A stretch of DNA of 64,000 nt from the NCBI GenBank assembly GCA_965215005.1, contig CBDCCZ010000023.1, positions 1 through 64,000 on the forward strand. The letters are read 5' to 3'. Numbering within the stretch: the stretch's first letter is position 1; the number at the start of each line of letters is the position of its first letter. The stretch is from Kofleriaceae bacterium. Its GTDB lineage: Bacteria; Myxococcota_A; Polyangia; Haliangiales; Haliangiaceae. A model generated the notes under the pieces. The model was not told where the DNA came from. It did no database searches and worked only from the letters and a program-made list of their open reading frames with translations. Shown here one piece after another: positions 41,823 through 51,717 of the stretch. Both the position numbers and the translations under genes were made by a program.

Positions 41823-42848
41823 GTGTCGATGCGTATGCCTGTAGCCGCTGTGGTTTGGTTGCTTTGGTCAACGCTGCTCCTGCCGATCGGGGCAATCGGC
41901 TGCGTCGTGCAGCCCTTCACGGAGCCGCAACAAACCGGTGTCGATGGCGGGGTGTCGACCTCGGCCGCCGGTGCCCCGCGCTATCGATTGCTCAGTGAAA
42001 CCGGGTTGTATGCCGACCTCGCCAGTGGTGCGCTGGCCGAAGGCGTGGTCGAGTACACGCCTGCCTATCCGCTATGGAGCGATGGCAGCCACAAGCGACG
42101 ATGGATCAAGCTGCCGGCCGGCACCAGCATCGACGCCCGCGACCTCGATCATTGGCGCTTTCCGGTGGGAACCAAGCTGTGGAAGGAGTTTGCCATCGCC
42201 AGCGGCGCCGCGATCGTGCGGGTCGAGACGCGCCTCGTCGAGGTCGTGGGGCCCGGCGATGCGGTGTGGCTCGGCGGCTTCGCCTGGCGCGATGACGGCA
42301 GCGACGCTGAGCTTGCCGCCGACGGCGCCGCCGGCGTCCGCGGAACCGATCACGACGTCCCCGCCATGGACGAGTGCCTTACGTGTCATGCAGGCGAGCC
42401 ATCACGCGTGCTGGGATTCTCGGCGCTCCAGCTGTCCCACGACGGTCCTGGCAATTTCGCGGCGTGGCGCGAGCGGCTCGCGCCCGTTCCACCGCAAAGC
42501 AGCTATCCGGTTCCTGGCGCGGGGCCGGAGCAGCAGGCCCTGGGCTACCTCCACGGCAACTGCGGCCATTGCCATCAGCCAGGTCATGAGAGCGGCATGG
42601 AGCTGCGCGTGCGCGTGACGGATGCGGACGTTGCAGACACCGGCGCGTATCGCACCGCCGTCGATCAGCCACTGTCGACGTGGGCGGTTGGCGGCTTCGA
42701 ACGGCGCATCGCCGCGGGACGTCCCGACGCCAGCGGCGTCGTGGCGCGGATGCATGTGCGCGGTCGCGGGCAGATGCCGCCCGCGTTCACCAAGCGCGTC
42801 GATGCAAGCGGCGCCGCGTTGGTCATCGAGTGGATTCGCGGTTTATGA
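41823..42848 (+). CDS. Lipoprotein with two c-type heme motifs (SO2930-like)
   Basis: LLSETGLY, PLWSDGSHKRRWI, FPVGTKLWKEF; CLTCH and CGHCH; C-terminal QMPP. Confidence 0.82.
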   Translation: MSMRMPVAAVVWLLWSTLLLPIGAIGCVVQPFTEPQQTGVDGGVSTSAAGAPRYRLLSETGLYADLASGALAEGVVEYTPAYPLWSDGSHKRRWIKLPAGTSIDARDLDHWRFPVGTKLWKEFAIASGAAIVRVETRLVEVVGPGDAVWLGGFAWRDDGSDAELAADGAAGVRGTDHDVPAMDECLTCHAGEPSRVLGFSALQLSHDGPGNFAAWRERLAPVPPQSSYPVPGAGPEQQALGYLHGNCGHCHQPGHESGMELRVRVTDADVADTGAYRTAVDQPLSTWAVGGFERRIAAGRPDASGVVARMHVRGRGQMPPAFTKRVDASGAALVIEWIRGL

Positions 42849-42852
42849 GCGC

Positions 42853-43278
42853 CTAGCTGGCCGCACCAAGCGATTCACAGACGCGCTCATAGCCGGTCCA
42901 CCACGGCGCATCGAGCACGTCTTGGCGATGCAGCCAAGCAGCGGCGCGGGTCTTGAGGAGAAACCGCGAGATCAGCCGCTGGAATGCACGCCGCGAGCAC
43001 ACGCAGGCACGCAGGCCGCACCAAACCCGCACGTGGTCGTCTGCGATGGCGAATCCGGCACCGAAGGGAAGCTCGAGGTGCGTGCCGGATTCGAGCGGCG
43101 CCGCCGCTAGTCGCACGGCGCTATCCCAGCCGCACGCCGATAACAGCGCCCATAGAGGTGCGGCGGCCTCTGGACCACCGGCACGCAACACGCCGTCGCC
43201 GGAACGGACGACGAAACAGATGGAATCGACCGCCGCGTCGGGGAGGCGCGGGCTGACGGGAGTTTCTACGGCAATCAT
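42853..43278 (-). CDS. Hypothetical protein
   Basis: ATGA overlap with the upstream PilZ-like gene; no recognised motif. Confidence 0.5.
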   Translation of the reverse strand: MIAVETPVSPRLPDAAVDSICFVVRSGDGVLRAGGPEAAAPLWALLSACGWDSAVRLAAAPLESGTHLELPFGAGFAIADDHVRVWCGLRACVCSRRAFQRLISRFLLKTRAAAWLHRQDVLDAPWWTGYERVCESLGAAS

Positions 43279-43646
43279 GACGACGCCCCTCGTTGCACTG
43301 GGAGCTCACTGCGCTGGCTCGAGGGGACGGCGCACGTGAAGGTGCGGCGGAGGCGCTCACGAGCGATGAGCCACACCTCCCACGGGCGCAAATCCTCGAA
43401 GCAAACGAACAAGCCCCGGGAGTCGTGCCAGCGCACCACGGCTTCAGGAGCCACGAGCTCGCCCTGGAGCTGAAACCAGATCGAGCAGCGATCATCGATG
43501 CGGGCGCGGACGTCGGTCGTGACGAAGGCGCCGGTCTCAGAAAGACTCGTGATACGCCCCTGCCCTACGCAGACGTCGCCGACGCAGAGTCGCGCCGGAA
43601 TAGACACCGCGGGGTGCGAGGGAATGGGATTGACCAGCGTGCGCAT
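43275..43646 (-). CDS. PilZ-like domain protein (no RxxxR motif)
   Basis: GRITSLSETGAFV...EAVVRW...GLFVCF. Confidence 0.6.
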   Translation of the reverse strand: MRTLVNPIPSHPAVSIPARLCVGDVCVGQGRITSLSETGAFVTTDVRARIDDRCSIWFQLQGELVAPEAVVRWHDSRGLFVCFEDLRPWEVWLIARERLRRTFTCAVPSSQRSELPVQRGASS

Positions 43647-43955
43647 GAGGTCGGCTGGAGTGCACGCTGTGGGCCACGCAAAGTGCCATCTCGTTTGCGC
43701 GGAGTCCGGTCCAAATCGCCACGCCTGGCAGGCCAGAAATCCAGCCTTGGCAGTGGAATTGCGAGGTCACTTACGGCCGCTGCAGGGAGTGGGGTATCGG
43801 CGTCCCCAGGTCGCCTGTCCCCTGTTGCTCGCTGTGCGCCTCAGTGGCCAGAGGCGCTTCCACGTAGGATGAGGTGGGATAGCAGGCAGCTCGAATGGCT
43901 AGGCGGGAGTCGCGACGAGGCCGACAGGCCGAGCACCTCGTCGCGGGTTCGCGGA

Positions 43956-45893
43956 TTAGGAAGGCGACGACCTCAAGCTGACCTCGAGCTTACACGCGGC
44001 GGAGCAGCCGTCGCCGGAGGTCATGTTGCCGTCATCGCACTGCTCATCGTTACTCGGCTGAACGACGCCGTCACCGCAGAACGAGCCCATCATCTGGCAA
44101 CCCGGCGCGCAGGAAGAGGCGTCGCCACCGAGGTTGAGCCCATCGTCACAGACCTCGTAGCCGTCATCGACCATGCCGTCACCGCAGAACGGCTCGAGAG
44201 TGCAGTCCATTGCGCAGCCGCCGTACGGCGAGCCATCGCCCATGCCGTTGTTCGCCCCGCTGTCGCAGACCTCCCGTGAAGAGACCACGCCGTCGCCGCA
44301 CGTGTCGCTACAGACGGAAGGCGCGCGATTGAAGTTGGTGAGCGTGAGTCGATACTGCGAGCGGCTGGTGTGCCGCTCTGCCTGGAACACCACCGCCTCG
44401 TAGATTTTGCCTGCAGTCAAACCGAGATCCGCAGCAACCTGCGCGTTCCCCAGATTCACCGAGCCGTTCTCGCGACCATGGACGCCGCCGAGATCGACGG
44501 CTAAACGGCCGTTGATATACACCCACACGTCATCGTCACCAGAGAACGCAAGTATCTCGGTACCGTTGTACTCGAACCAGTAGCGAACCTCCGTCGTGAA
44601 GTGAAAGTTGTTGTCTGCAACATGCGTTTGCTCGCAGGCGACACCGCCGCAATCTTCCGTGACAAATCCCATCCCGTCCATGACGAAGAAGGTGGTGTCA
44701 TCGAGCTGATAAGCACCATTGCCGGTGCTTTGTAGCGTGAGGCGCTGCGCCGAGGTTCGGTTGTAGCGATCGTCTGACCGATACCACTGCGCGAGCGAGG
44801 CGGCCGAGGGCTCGACGCCGCCTTGAATGCGCTCGGGTTTGCCATCGGCATCGAGCGTCGTCCGCACAAGGCCCCGCTGCAGGCCCTTGTTGTAGCACTC
44901 GAAGTCAGGATGGCCGAAGGGAGCGGTCGCGCCCGGCTCGCCCTCCCGCAGGCGTCGATCGGTATTGCCTTCGGTGTTGCAACCGGCGACGAAGTCGCGA
45001 ACGGTCATCGGGATCGACACTTGCGGCGGGTCGGGCAAGCGCATCTCGACACACTCGAATCCCGGCTCGACCGTACAAGTCGGGCTGCAGCCATCACCGG
45101 CGAGCGTATTGCTATCGTCGCATTCTTCCGGCATCCAACGAACCCCATCACCGCACACTGCTTCGCAGTCGCCATTGGCGCATCGCGGCTCGCGTTTGCA
45201 AAACGGTGTACAGCCGTCGCCTACCGCCAAATTCTGGTCATCACACTCTTCAAGCCCCTGCACCACGCCGTCACCGCACACGGTTAGCTCACAGTCAGCA
45301 TTGGCGGCTGGGCAGTAGTAGCCTTCTTCGAGCCTGCAGCTCGAGTCGCAGCCGTCGCCATCGTCGGTATCACCGTCGTCGCACGCCTCTAAACCGGCCA
45401 CGACGCCGTCGCCACACGCGGCGGCCACGCACGCCGTTCCTGCCAAAGGACAGTTCCATCCCGGCTCACGCGCGCACGTGGCGCTGCAGCCATCGCCGCT
45501 ATCGCGGTCGCGGTCATCGCAGGTTTCCGAGCCCTCGATGATCCCGTTGCCGCACAGCGCGATGAGCACGCATTCGTCGCCGGCCGTAGGACATGCGTAG
45601 TCCGTCTCCAGTGCGCACGCAGAACTGCAGCCATCGCCGTCGTCGCCATTGCCGTCATCGCAGGCCTCCTGCCCCGATCTAACGCCGTCACCGCACTGGG
45701 CGGCCGCGGCATCCGAGGGCTCGTCGACGGAAGCATCGGGATCTCCCGGCGTGCGGCCCGCATCCGCCCCTGCCTCGCCCGAAGACGATCCACAACCCAC
45801 CGCCAGCGACAGCAGCAAAGCGAGGACAGCAATCGCCCCACCAGTTGCCGTCCGACCGTCCGCACGAAAGAGTGATACAGCGAGCACCAGCAT
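43956..45893 (-). CDS. Fibro-slime (PA14-like) domain protein with Myxococcus cysteine-rich (DUF4215) repeats
   Basis: Many CGDG.....E.CDDGN...GDGCS..C repeats; NFHFTTEVRYWF, FSGDDDVWVYING.LAVDLGGVH, FQAERH. Confidence 0.92.
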   Translation of the reverse strand: MLVLAVSLFRADGRTATGGAIAVLALLLSLAVGCGSSSGEAGADAGRTPGDPDASVDEPSDAAAAQCGDGVRSGQEACDDGNGDDGDGCSSACALETDYACPTAGDECVLIALCGNGIIEGSETCDDRDRDSGDGCSATCAREPGWNCPLAGTACVAAACGDGVVAGLEACDDGDTDDGDGCDSSCRLEEGYYCPAANADCELTVCGDGVVQGLEECDDQNLAVGDGCTPFCKREPRCANGDCEAVCGDGVRWMPEECDDSNTLAGDGCSPTCTVEPGFECVEMRLPDPPQVSIPMTVRDFVAGCNTEGNTDRRLREGEPGATAPFGHPDFECYNKGLQRGLVRTTLDADGKPERIQGGVEPSAASLAQWYRSDDRYNRTSAQRLTLQSTGNGAYQLDDTTFFVMDGMGFVTEDCGGVACEQTHVADNNFHFTTEVRYWFEYNGTEILAFSGDDDVWVYINGRLAVDLGGVHGRENGSVNLGNAQVAADLGLTAGKIYEAVVFQAERHTSRSQYRLTLTNFNRAPSVCSDTCGDGVVSSREVCDSGANNGMGDGSPYGGCAMDCTLEPFCGDGMVDDGYEVCDDGLNLGGDASSCAPGCQMMGSFCGDGVVQPSNDEQCDDGNMTSGDGCSAACKLEVSLRSSPS

Positions 45894-46194
45894 CCCTTTC
45901 ACTCGCGCAGCGTAACGCCGCAGCACTGACGCTGCACCGTACCGCGCGAAACCCTACCAGCATACGCAGAAGCGCTGTTTCTCAGCAATGTAGACATCGA
46001 GCCCCATAGCACGCAGCTCGGTCCAGGTCTGCGCAGCTAGCTCACCAGGCCAGCTTTCTGGCCTCGCGTTCCTCGTCGCAACCCGAAGAAAGGTTCCCCC
46101 CACCGCGAAGCGGATCCTGCCCCACCACCTTGACTTACGCCCACCGCCGCGTTACCACTCGTCCTCCTCGCAGCGGCGAGGCTTGAAAACTCGG

Positions 46195-46268
<74 letters not shown>

Positions 46269-46279
46269 CTATTATGAAG

Positions 46280-46301
46280 AGGCGCCCTCCGGGGCGCCTT
46301 T
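46280..46301 (+). terminator. Hairpin after tRNA-fMet
   Basis: AGGCGCCC-TCCG-GGGCGCCT followed by TT; homologous to the hairpin in the 60067-60395 repeats. Confidence 0.6.
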
Positions 46302-46658
46302 GCCGCGTCTGGGCGGGATTCGTACGGTGGATCCAGCTGCGAAGCGGCCGGGGCTCTTCTGGCGCTGCTCGATAGCGTGCCGAGGCGCTGCCATCGAGGT
46401 CGGCGCTTCGGGGCGCCATTGGCTGCACACCGCGGGCACGTGATTCGACGACGGTTTCAACTTGGCCATGGCGGTGCGGTCTCGTCATCGGCGCGTTGCG
46501 AGCGCGCAGGAGGAGATCAAGAATCGAATGGCCGAGGCGATCGCCGATTGGTTCTGAAGCGCCAGTGGATCTGAGTGCACGCGTGCGCCCGGGCTCGGGC
46601 GATTGGATGGCGCGGAGGCCGCTCGGGCGAGCAAGCGCTCGCTTGTTAGGATGGCGCC

Positions 46659-46967
46659 ATGAAACAGTTGGTGTTCCTAGGACTGGTCGCCACCATGGGA
46701 TGCGCGGCGAAGGTTGGTGTCGAAAACCGCACGATTCCGACCGATTCGGCGTCGACGTGCGCTGTGCAGTGCGAGAGCATAGGTCTCGAGCTCAGCGCGG
46801 TGGCGCTCATGGCCGAGACCATCGGTTGCATCTGCCAGGCTTCTGCCGCAGAGGCGTCCGAGCAGTCGGCGGCTGTGTCGGCTGGGATGGCGACGATCAT
46901 GATTCAGGCTGCCGAAGAGGCGCAGAAGCAGAATCGGCAGCACCAGCATCAGCATCAGTCGCGGTGA
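46659..46967 (+). CDS. Small hypothetical lipoprotein
   Basis: Lipobox TMGC; C...C...GCIC; Q/H-rich tail. Confidence 0.7.
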   Translation: MKQLVFLGLVATMGCAAKVGVENRTIPTDSASTCAVQCESIGLELSAVALMAETIGCICQASAAEASEQSAAVSAGMATIMIQAAEEAQKQNRQHQHQHQSR

Positions 46968-47294
46968 GCGGAGTGTAGCCGTGCAACAGCTGGCTCGGAG
47001 CTCGGGCCTCGCGTGCTTCGAGCCAGGATGTCGTCACGGCCGTTTCTGTGCGGGGCGCCCGTCGGGCGCCCATTCGCATCGAGGCGGAGCTCGTCGGCGA
47101 GAATTCGGCTGCGAGCGGCTAGGCTGGACGAGTGGCGCAGTGGCGCCCGCTCGAGGTTCGTTGGCATTGGGCGGCGTTGCTGGCGACGGGGGAGATGGCG
47201 GCGTTGCGGCCGGGATGATCAGATTGGCTGCTGGAGCGGCTGGTGGCCGCTGACGCTGGCCCCGCGGTGGAAGCGGGTGAGCGGCGGGCTCAGG

Positions 47295-48677
47295 CTAATG
47301 CCGATCGGTGCATTCCTCGTCGCCGAATAGCTGAGCCACGGCGGCCCCTACGCAGGAGCCCTGCTCGACCCCATTGTCGATTGCCGCGGGATAGTGAATG
47401 CCGCCGTAGAGGCGGGAGATGGCCGCTTCTCGTGCGAAATCATAGAAGGAGTCGAACTCGCGCGGCTCCATGCCGCGGTCGACGTTGCTGGTGTCGGTGA
47501 AGGACATGGCGCCGAAGAGTGTGGTGAGCGCTTCGGCGGCGGCGCCAGACTGTACCGAGTGGCCGGAGGTGTATTCCGGGAACGGCGGCGTCACCAGCGG
47601 CAGTGGGCCCCAGTTGGGATCGATGTAGTCGTGGATATAGGTGATTGGGCGCAGGAGGTTGTATTCGTACTTGGTCCACCAGCCGGCGATGAATGCATCC
47701 GCTACCGACATGCCGATGCGCGCGTAGGCCTCTGCGGCTACGGCGAGACTGGCGTCGAGGTCGTCGATCACGATGTTGGTGATGGCGATCGAGTGGCCAG
47801 GGGGCGTCGCGGTGTCGCCGGGGTCGTCGGACCAGAACTCTGCAATGGTGCGCTGCTCTGGTGTCAGGTTGTTGACGGCTTTGTAGACCGTTATCGCCTC
47901 TTCATAGAAGTCAGAGCCGGGCTCCGTCGAGAACTCCGGCGGCGGTCCGGGATCGCACTGCGCGCCGCTATCGAGGGCGAACGGACGATTCTGCCCCCAG
48001 TAGGGAAGTAGCGCTCGGCTGAACGCCGGGGGCGTAGGTTCCCACAGGCCCGGTCCTACCGGTGGCGTGTAGTCGGTGGGGAAATTGCGCAGGTAGGCTT
48101 CGTGGCCGCCGTCGCTCTTGGAGTACTCGAAGATGGCGGCGCCGAGGGCGCGGCCCAGGCGTTTGGAGCGCCGCTCGATGCCGCGCGGCGTCCAGCCGTG
48201 GCAATCCTCGAGCTCGTCTTCGAGTGCGTTGATCGCCGCGACGTTGTCTGCTGCTTGCGCGGTCTCGCCGCCATAGAGGCCTCGGGCGACCTCTGCCAGA
48301 GCCGCATTGACGACGAGCGGCCAGCGATAGGCGCGTCCACGAGCCTTCGGCAGCCAATCGAGACCGTTGACCCGTCCCACCAACGAGTCATGGTTGCGCA
48401 GTCCGGGGGCGACGGCTTCATACGCCGTGAGTCCCATGTAGCCGAAGGCGCGCGCGGCGATCGGCGGTGTGAACCCGCTGGTGGTGCGCGTCAGCTCCAC
48501 GGCGAGCTCGAACCAAGCGCGCGGGACAGTGGCATCGTAGGAGGTCGGCGGCGGGAACGGGCGCCAGTGCCTGCCGAATAGCTCGCCGGTGCTCGTCTCA
48601 GTATCGGCGGGCGCCGGTGCCTCGACGCAGGCACTGGCGGTGAGTAGGAGAAGGGCGGTGGTAGTCAAGCGTTTCAC
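47295..48677 (-). CDS. Vanadium-dependent haloperoxidase / PAP2 family lipoprotein
   Basis: KYEYNLLRP, PPFPEYTSGHS and SRLYGGIHY vanadate-binding motifs; AGGAG RBS, GTG start, lipobox ASAC. Confidence 0.9.
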   Translation of the reverse strand: MKRLTTTALLLLTASACVEAPAPADTETSTGELFGRHWRPFPPPTSYDATVPRAWFELAVELTRTTSGFTPPIAARAFGYMGLTAYEAVAPGLRNHDSLVGRVNGLDWLPKARGRAYRWPLVVNAALAEVARGLYGGETAQAADNVAAINALEDELEDCHGWTPRGIERRSKRLGRALGAAIFEYSKSDGGHEAYLRNFPTDYTPPVGPGLWEPTPPAFSRALLPYWGQNRPFALDSGAQCDPGPPPEFSTEPGSDFYEEAITVYKAVNNLTPEQRTIAEFWSDDPGDTATPPGHSIAITNIVIDDLDASLAVAAEAYARIGMSVADAFIAGWWTKYEYNLLRPITYIHDYIDPNWGPLPLVTPPFPEYTSGHSVQSGAAAEALTTLFGAMSFTDTSNVDRGMEPREFDSFYDFAREAAISRLYGGIHYPAAIDNGVEQGSCVGAAVAQLFGDEECTDRH

Positions 48678-48955
48678 GAGTGCTGCTCCTTGAACTGGGG
48701 CCAGGCTCCGATAACCAACGAGGATTGCTGGTGCGGCCTCTCGCGGCTCCGGGTCTTCCCGTCGTAAGAGCAAGAGCTGAACCAGTGGGCAGCACCACGA
48801 AAATCACAAGGTTAGACAGGCGAATGGTTTCCGCTTCATTCGATTTCGGGAAGCCCGTCTACGAAATTCGGTGGTCTTGACACGGTCGCGCACCTCGTCG
48901 GTAGGGCGCGGCCGGCTCAGGAGTTGCCCATGCGCAAACGACGCGGCTCCGTCGT

Positions 48956-49621
48956 GTGAAGCTCGACGCCATGATCGATCTCAGCCACACGATCGCCGAC
49001 GGCGTGGTGACCTACCGCGGGTTGCCGGCGCCGACCATCTGTGACTTCCTCTCGCGCGATGCGTCGCGACAGCACTACGAAGCGGGCACCGAGTTCCACA
49101 TCGGGCGCATCGACATGGTGGCCAACACCGGCACCTATCTCGACGCACCATTTCACCGCTTCGCCGGCGGTGACGACATCGCGGCGCTGGCGCTCGGCCA
49201 GCTCGCCGACCTGCCCGGCGTGCGCGTTTCGTGGCAGCTGGGCTCCGGGCGCGCCGTGGACGCCGACGTGTTCGCGGGGCTCGACGTTCGCGGCAAAGCC
49301 GTTCTCGTGCAGACCGGCTGGTCCGCTCACTGGGGCAGCGAGCGATACTTCGAAGGGCACCCGTTGTTGACCGCGGCTGCTGCGAGCGCCCTGGTCGACG
49401 GCGGCGCCGCCCTAATCGGCATCGACTCCCTCAACATCGATGACACCTCCGGCGGCACGCGCCCGGTGCACACGGAGCTCCTCGGCGCCGGCATCCCGAT
49501 CGTCGAGCACCTGTGCGCGCTCGAGCGCTTGCCAGCGCAGTTTCGTTTCTTTGCAGTGCCGCCGAAGGTACGCGGCATGGTTCTCACCGTCGCCCGCGCG
49601 CCGTCGTTGGCCTGGTTTTGA
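48956..49621 (+). CDS. Cyclase family protein (kynurenine formamidase-like)
   Basis: IDLSH, NTGTYLDAPFH, GIDSLNID, VHTELL..GIPIVEHL; extreme C-terminus atypical. Confidence 0.88.
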   Translation: MKLDAMIDLSHTIADGVVTYRGLPAPTICDFLSRDASRQHYEAGTEFHIGRIDMVANTGTYLDAPFHRFAGGDDIAALALGQLADLPGVRVSWQLGSGRAVDADVFAGLDVRGKAVLVQTGWSAHWGSERYFEGHPLLTAAAASALVDGGAALIGIDSLNIDDTSGGTRPVHTELLGAGIPIVEHLCALERLPAQFRFFAVPPKVRGMVLTVARAPSLAWF

Positions 49622-50351
49622 CCGCGGCGGCGATGCCCGCGACGAGAACAATCGTTCCTCGCCCCACCGTGCAGGCGAACAGAGTCGCAGGATAGGCGGG
49701 AGAGGATGTTCCTGCGAGAACGTTTGGAGGGCGCTCGCAGGTCACGATGCAAACGTCACACGGTCGTCGCGTCTTCGACAACCTCGCCGAGGGAGTCGCC
49801 GGTGAGTCTAAGGTCGGCCTCACCTCGTTGAGGTCGAGTGTCAGTCGCTAAATCGCGCAAGACGCCGAGTTGTTGAGTAGTGGACGGGTAGCGGGCGTCG
49901 AGTGGCACGTTTTCCAGGACCGAGCAGGCGTGGGGCCGATGGCTCCGCTCCGTAAGGCTCTCGAAGATGTCGGAATCAGCATCGTGATCCACTGAGGTGG
50001 TTGCAGAATGACGAATGCAGATACTCCTTACCCCCTATTTATTCCTCCGGGCGATCTTGCACAGAGGACACCGCCAGAATGGTCGCGGGTGGAGGCTTAT
50101 TAGACACACGCAGTAGGCATTGGACACTCGGATTGGCTCATACCCGCCAAACGACAACTGTGCTGGCAGGTAGGGCGACGTAGGCAATTACTAGAAACTT
50201 GTCCATTGTGTCGTCTGGTGGTTCCGTGCTGGCGATGGGAGAACTCCGGGATACTCGGTCCGCCGTGTGGGCTGGCAACGTGCGATCTCGTGTCAGAGCG
50301 CCACGCCATGACGAGGTGGCGCACGAGCTCGACCAATCGGCGCGGCTCGGA

Positions 50352-51386
50352 ATGGCATCGACGGTGCACCACACGCTCTCGCCTATGTTGCCCGCTACCG
50401 AGGACGTTACCCAGACTCTCACGCGCTCGCATATTGGCCCTTATCGACTCCTGTCGGTGCTAGGCGAAGGAGGCACGGCGCGCGTGTATGAAGCGGAGCA
50501 CACCATCATTGGCAAGCGCGTCGCGATCAAGACATTGTTGCCAGCGCTCGCGGATCGCTTCGAAGCGCAGGCGCGTTTTGCACAAGAAGCACGCATCGCT
50601 TGCAGCGTGCGAGCCCCAGGCGTCGTTGAAGTCTTCGATTTTGCGCACGACGACGACGAGCGTCCCTACTGCGTCATGGAACGACTCGAAGGCATGTCGC
50701 TTGCCGAGCACCTGCGCCGCGCTCCGCTGCCGCTATCGCACAGCCTCGAGCTCGCGATCCAGCTCGCCGATGCCTTGAGCGCGGTGCACGCGGCAGGATA
50801 TCTACATCGCGACATCAAAGCAGAGAACGTCGTCATCTCGAACACTTCGCAAGAAGGGCTGCGAGCCACCATCGTCGACTTTGGGATCGCCAAGCGACTA
50901 TCTGCAAGTGGCGAAGATGGTGCCGTCGTCGGGACTCCTCGAACGATGTCGCCCGAGCAGATCGCCCGCGACCCGATCGATGAGCGCACCGATATCTGGG
51001 GCCTGGGCGTGTTGCTCTACGAAATGCTCACCGGCCGTTTGCCGTTCCCTTCGGGCGAGACCATTCGCGAAGACTTCATCGCAATCCTGCTCGAGACGCC
51101 CTCCCCACTCGACTACAGCGTTCCTGCCGACGTTCGCAGCATCGTTCACGCATGTCTCTGCAAGGATCCCGAGGGACGACCCGCATCAGCGGCTGCTCTA
51201 GGGGAACTCCTGCGCAGAGCACGCAGCGCTCATTTGGATCGTTGCGAGCGCCTCACCCGTTCGCTGCATAGCAGCTTGCAGGCCGCAGCTGCCTGCGTAG
51301 AGCTCGACGCCAGCATCGACGACGACGACGACGAGCGCACCTTGGTCGACGACGCAACGCAACTTCGCCAGTTTGCGGCTGCGTAG
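50352..51386 (+). CDS. Cytoplasmic Ser/Thr protein kinase
   Basis: LGEGGTARV, VAIK, HRDIKAEN, DFG, GTPRTMSPEQ; start uncertain. Confidence 0.9.
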   Translation: MASTVHHTLSPMLPATEDVTQTLTRSHIGPYRLLSVLGEGGTARVYEAEHTIIGKRVAIKTLLPALADRFEAQARFAQEARIACSVRAPGVVEVFDFAHDDDERPYCVMERLEGMSLAEHLRRAPLPLSHSLELAIQLADALSAVHAAGYLHRDIKAENVVISNTSQEGLRATIVDFGIAKRLSASGEDGAVVGTPRTMSPEQIARDPIDERTDIWGLGVLLYEMLTGRLPFPSGETIREDFIAILLETPSPLDYSVPADVRSIVHACLCKDPEGRPASAAALGELLRRARSAHLDRCERLTRSLHSSLQAAAACVELDASIDDDDDERTLVDDATQLRQFAAA

Positions 51387-51423
51387 CGTTTTCGCGGCCG
51401 AATCTCGCAGCTATAGTCCCGCC

Positions 51424-51702
51424 ATGAAGACACTTCTGATCTCGCTCAGCTTGCTGTTTCTTAGCGCCTGCGGCGGCAAAGAAGCAGATGACGCCACCAC
51501 CCCCGAGTCCGAGGCGACCGAGAACCCGGAGGAGCTGTTGCCCAGCGCTGCGCCAGAGGGCACCTCGATGTCTTCGGAGGAGTGCGAAGCCGCCGGCGGG
51601 ACCGTGGTTCCAAGTCCTGGCGGTCCTATCGAGTGCTCCGCCGGCATGACGCAAATCGGCACCGTGCCCCTCGGCATTGAAGGCGCCATCTGCTGCCGTT
51701 AG
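51424..51702 (+). CDS. Small Cys-containing lipoprotein
   Basis: Lipobox LSAC; ECEAAGG...C...ICCR. Confidence 0.75.
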   Translation: MKTLLISLSLLFLSACGGKEADDATTPESEATENPEELLPSAAPEGTSMSSEECEAAGGTVVPSPGGPIECSAGMTQIGTVPLGIEGAICCR

Positions 51703-51717
51703 CAGCAGATGCGTCGC

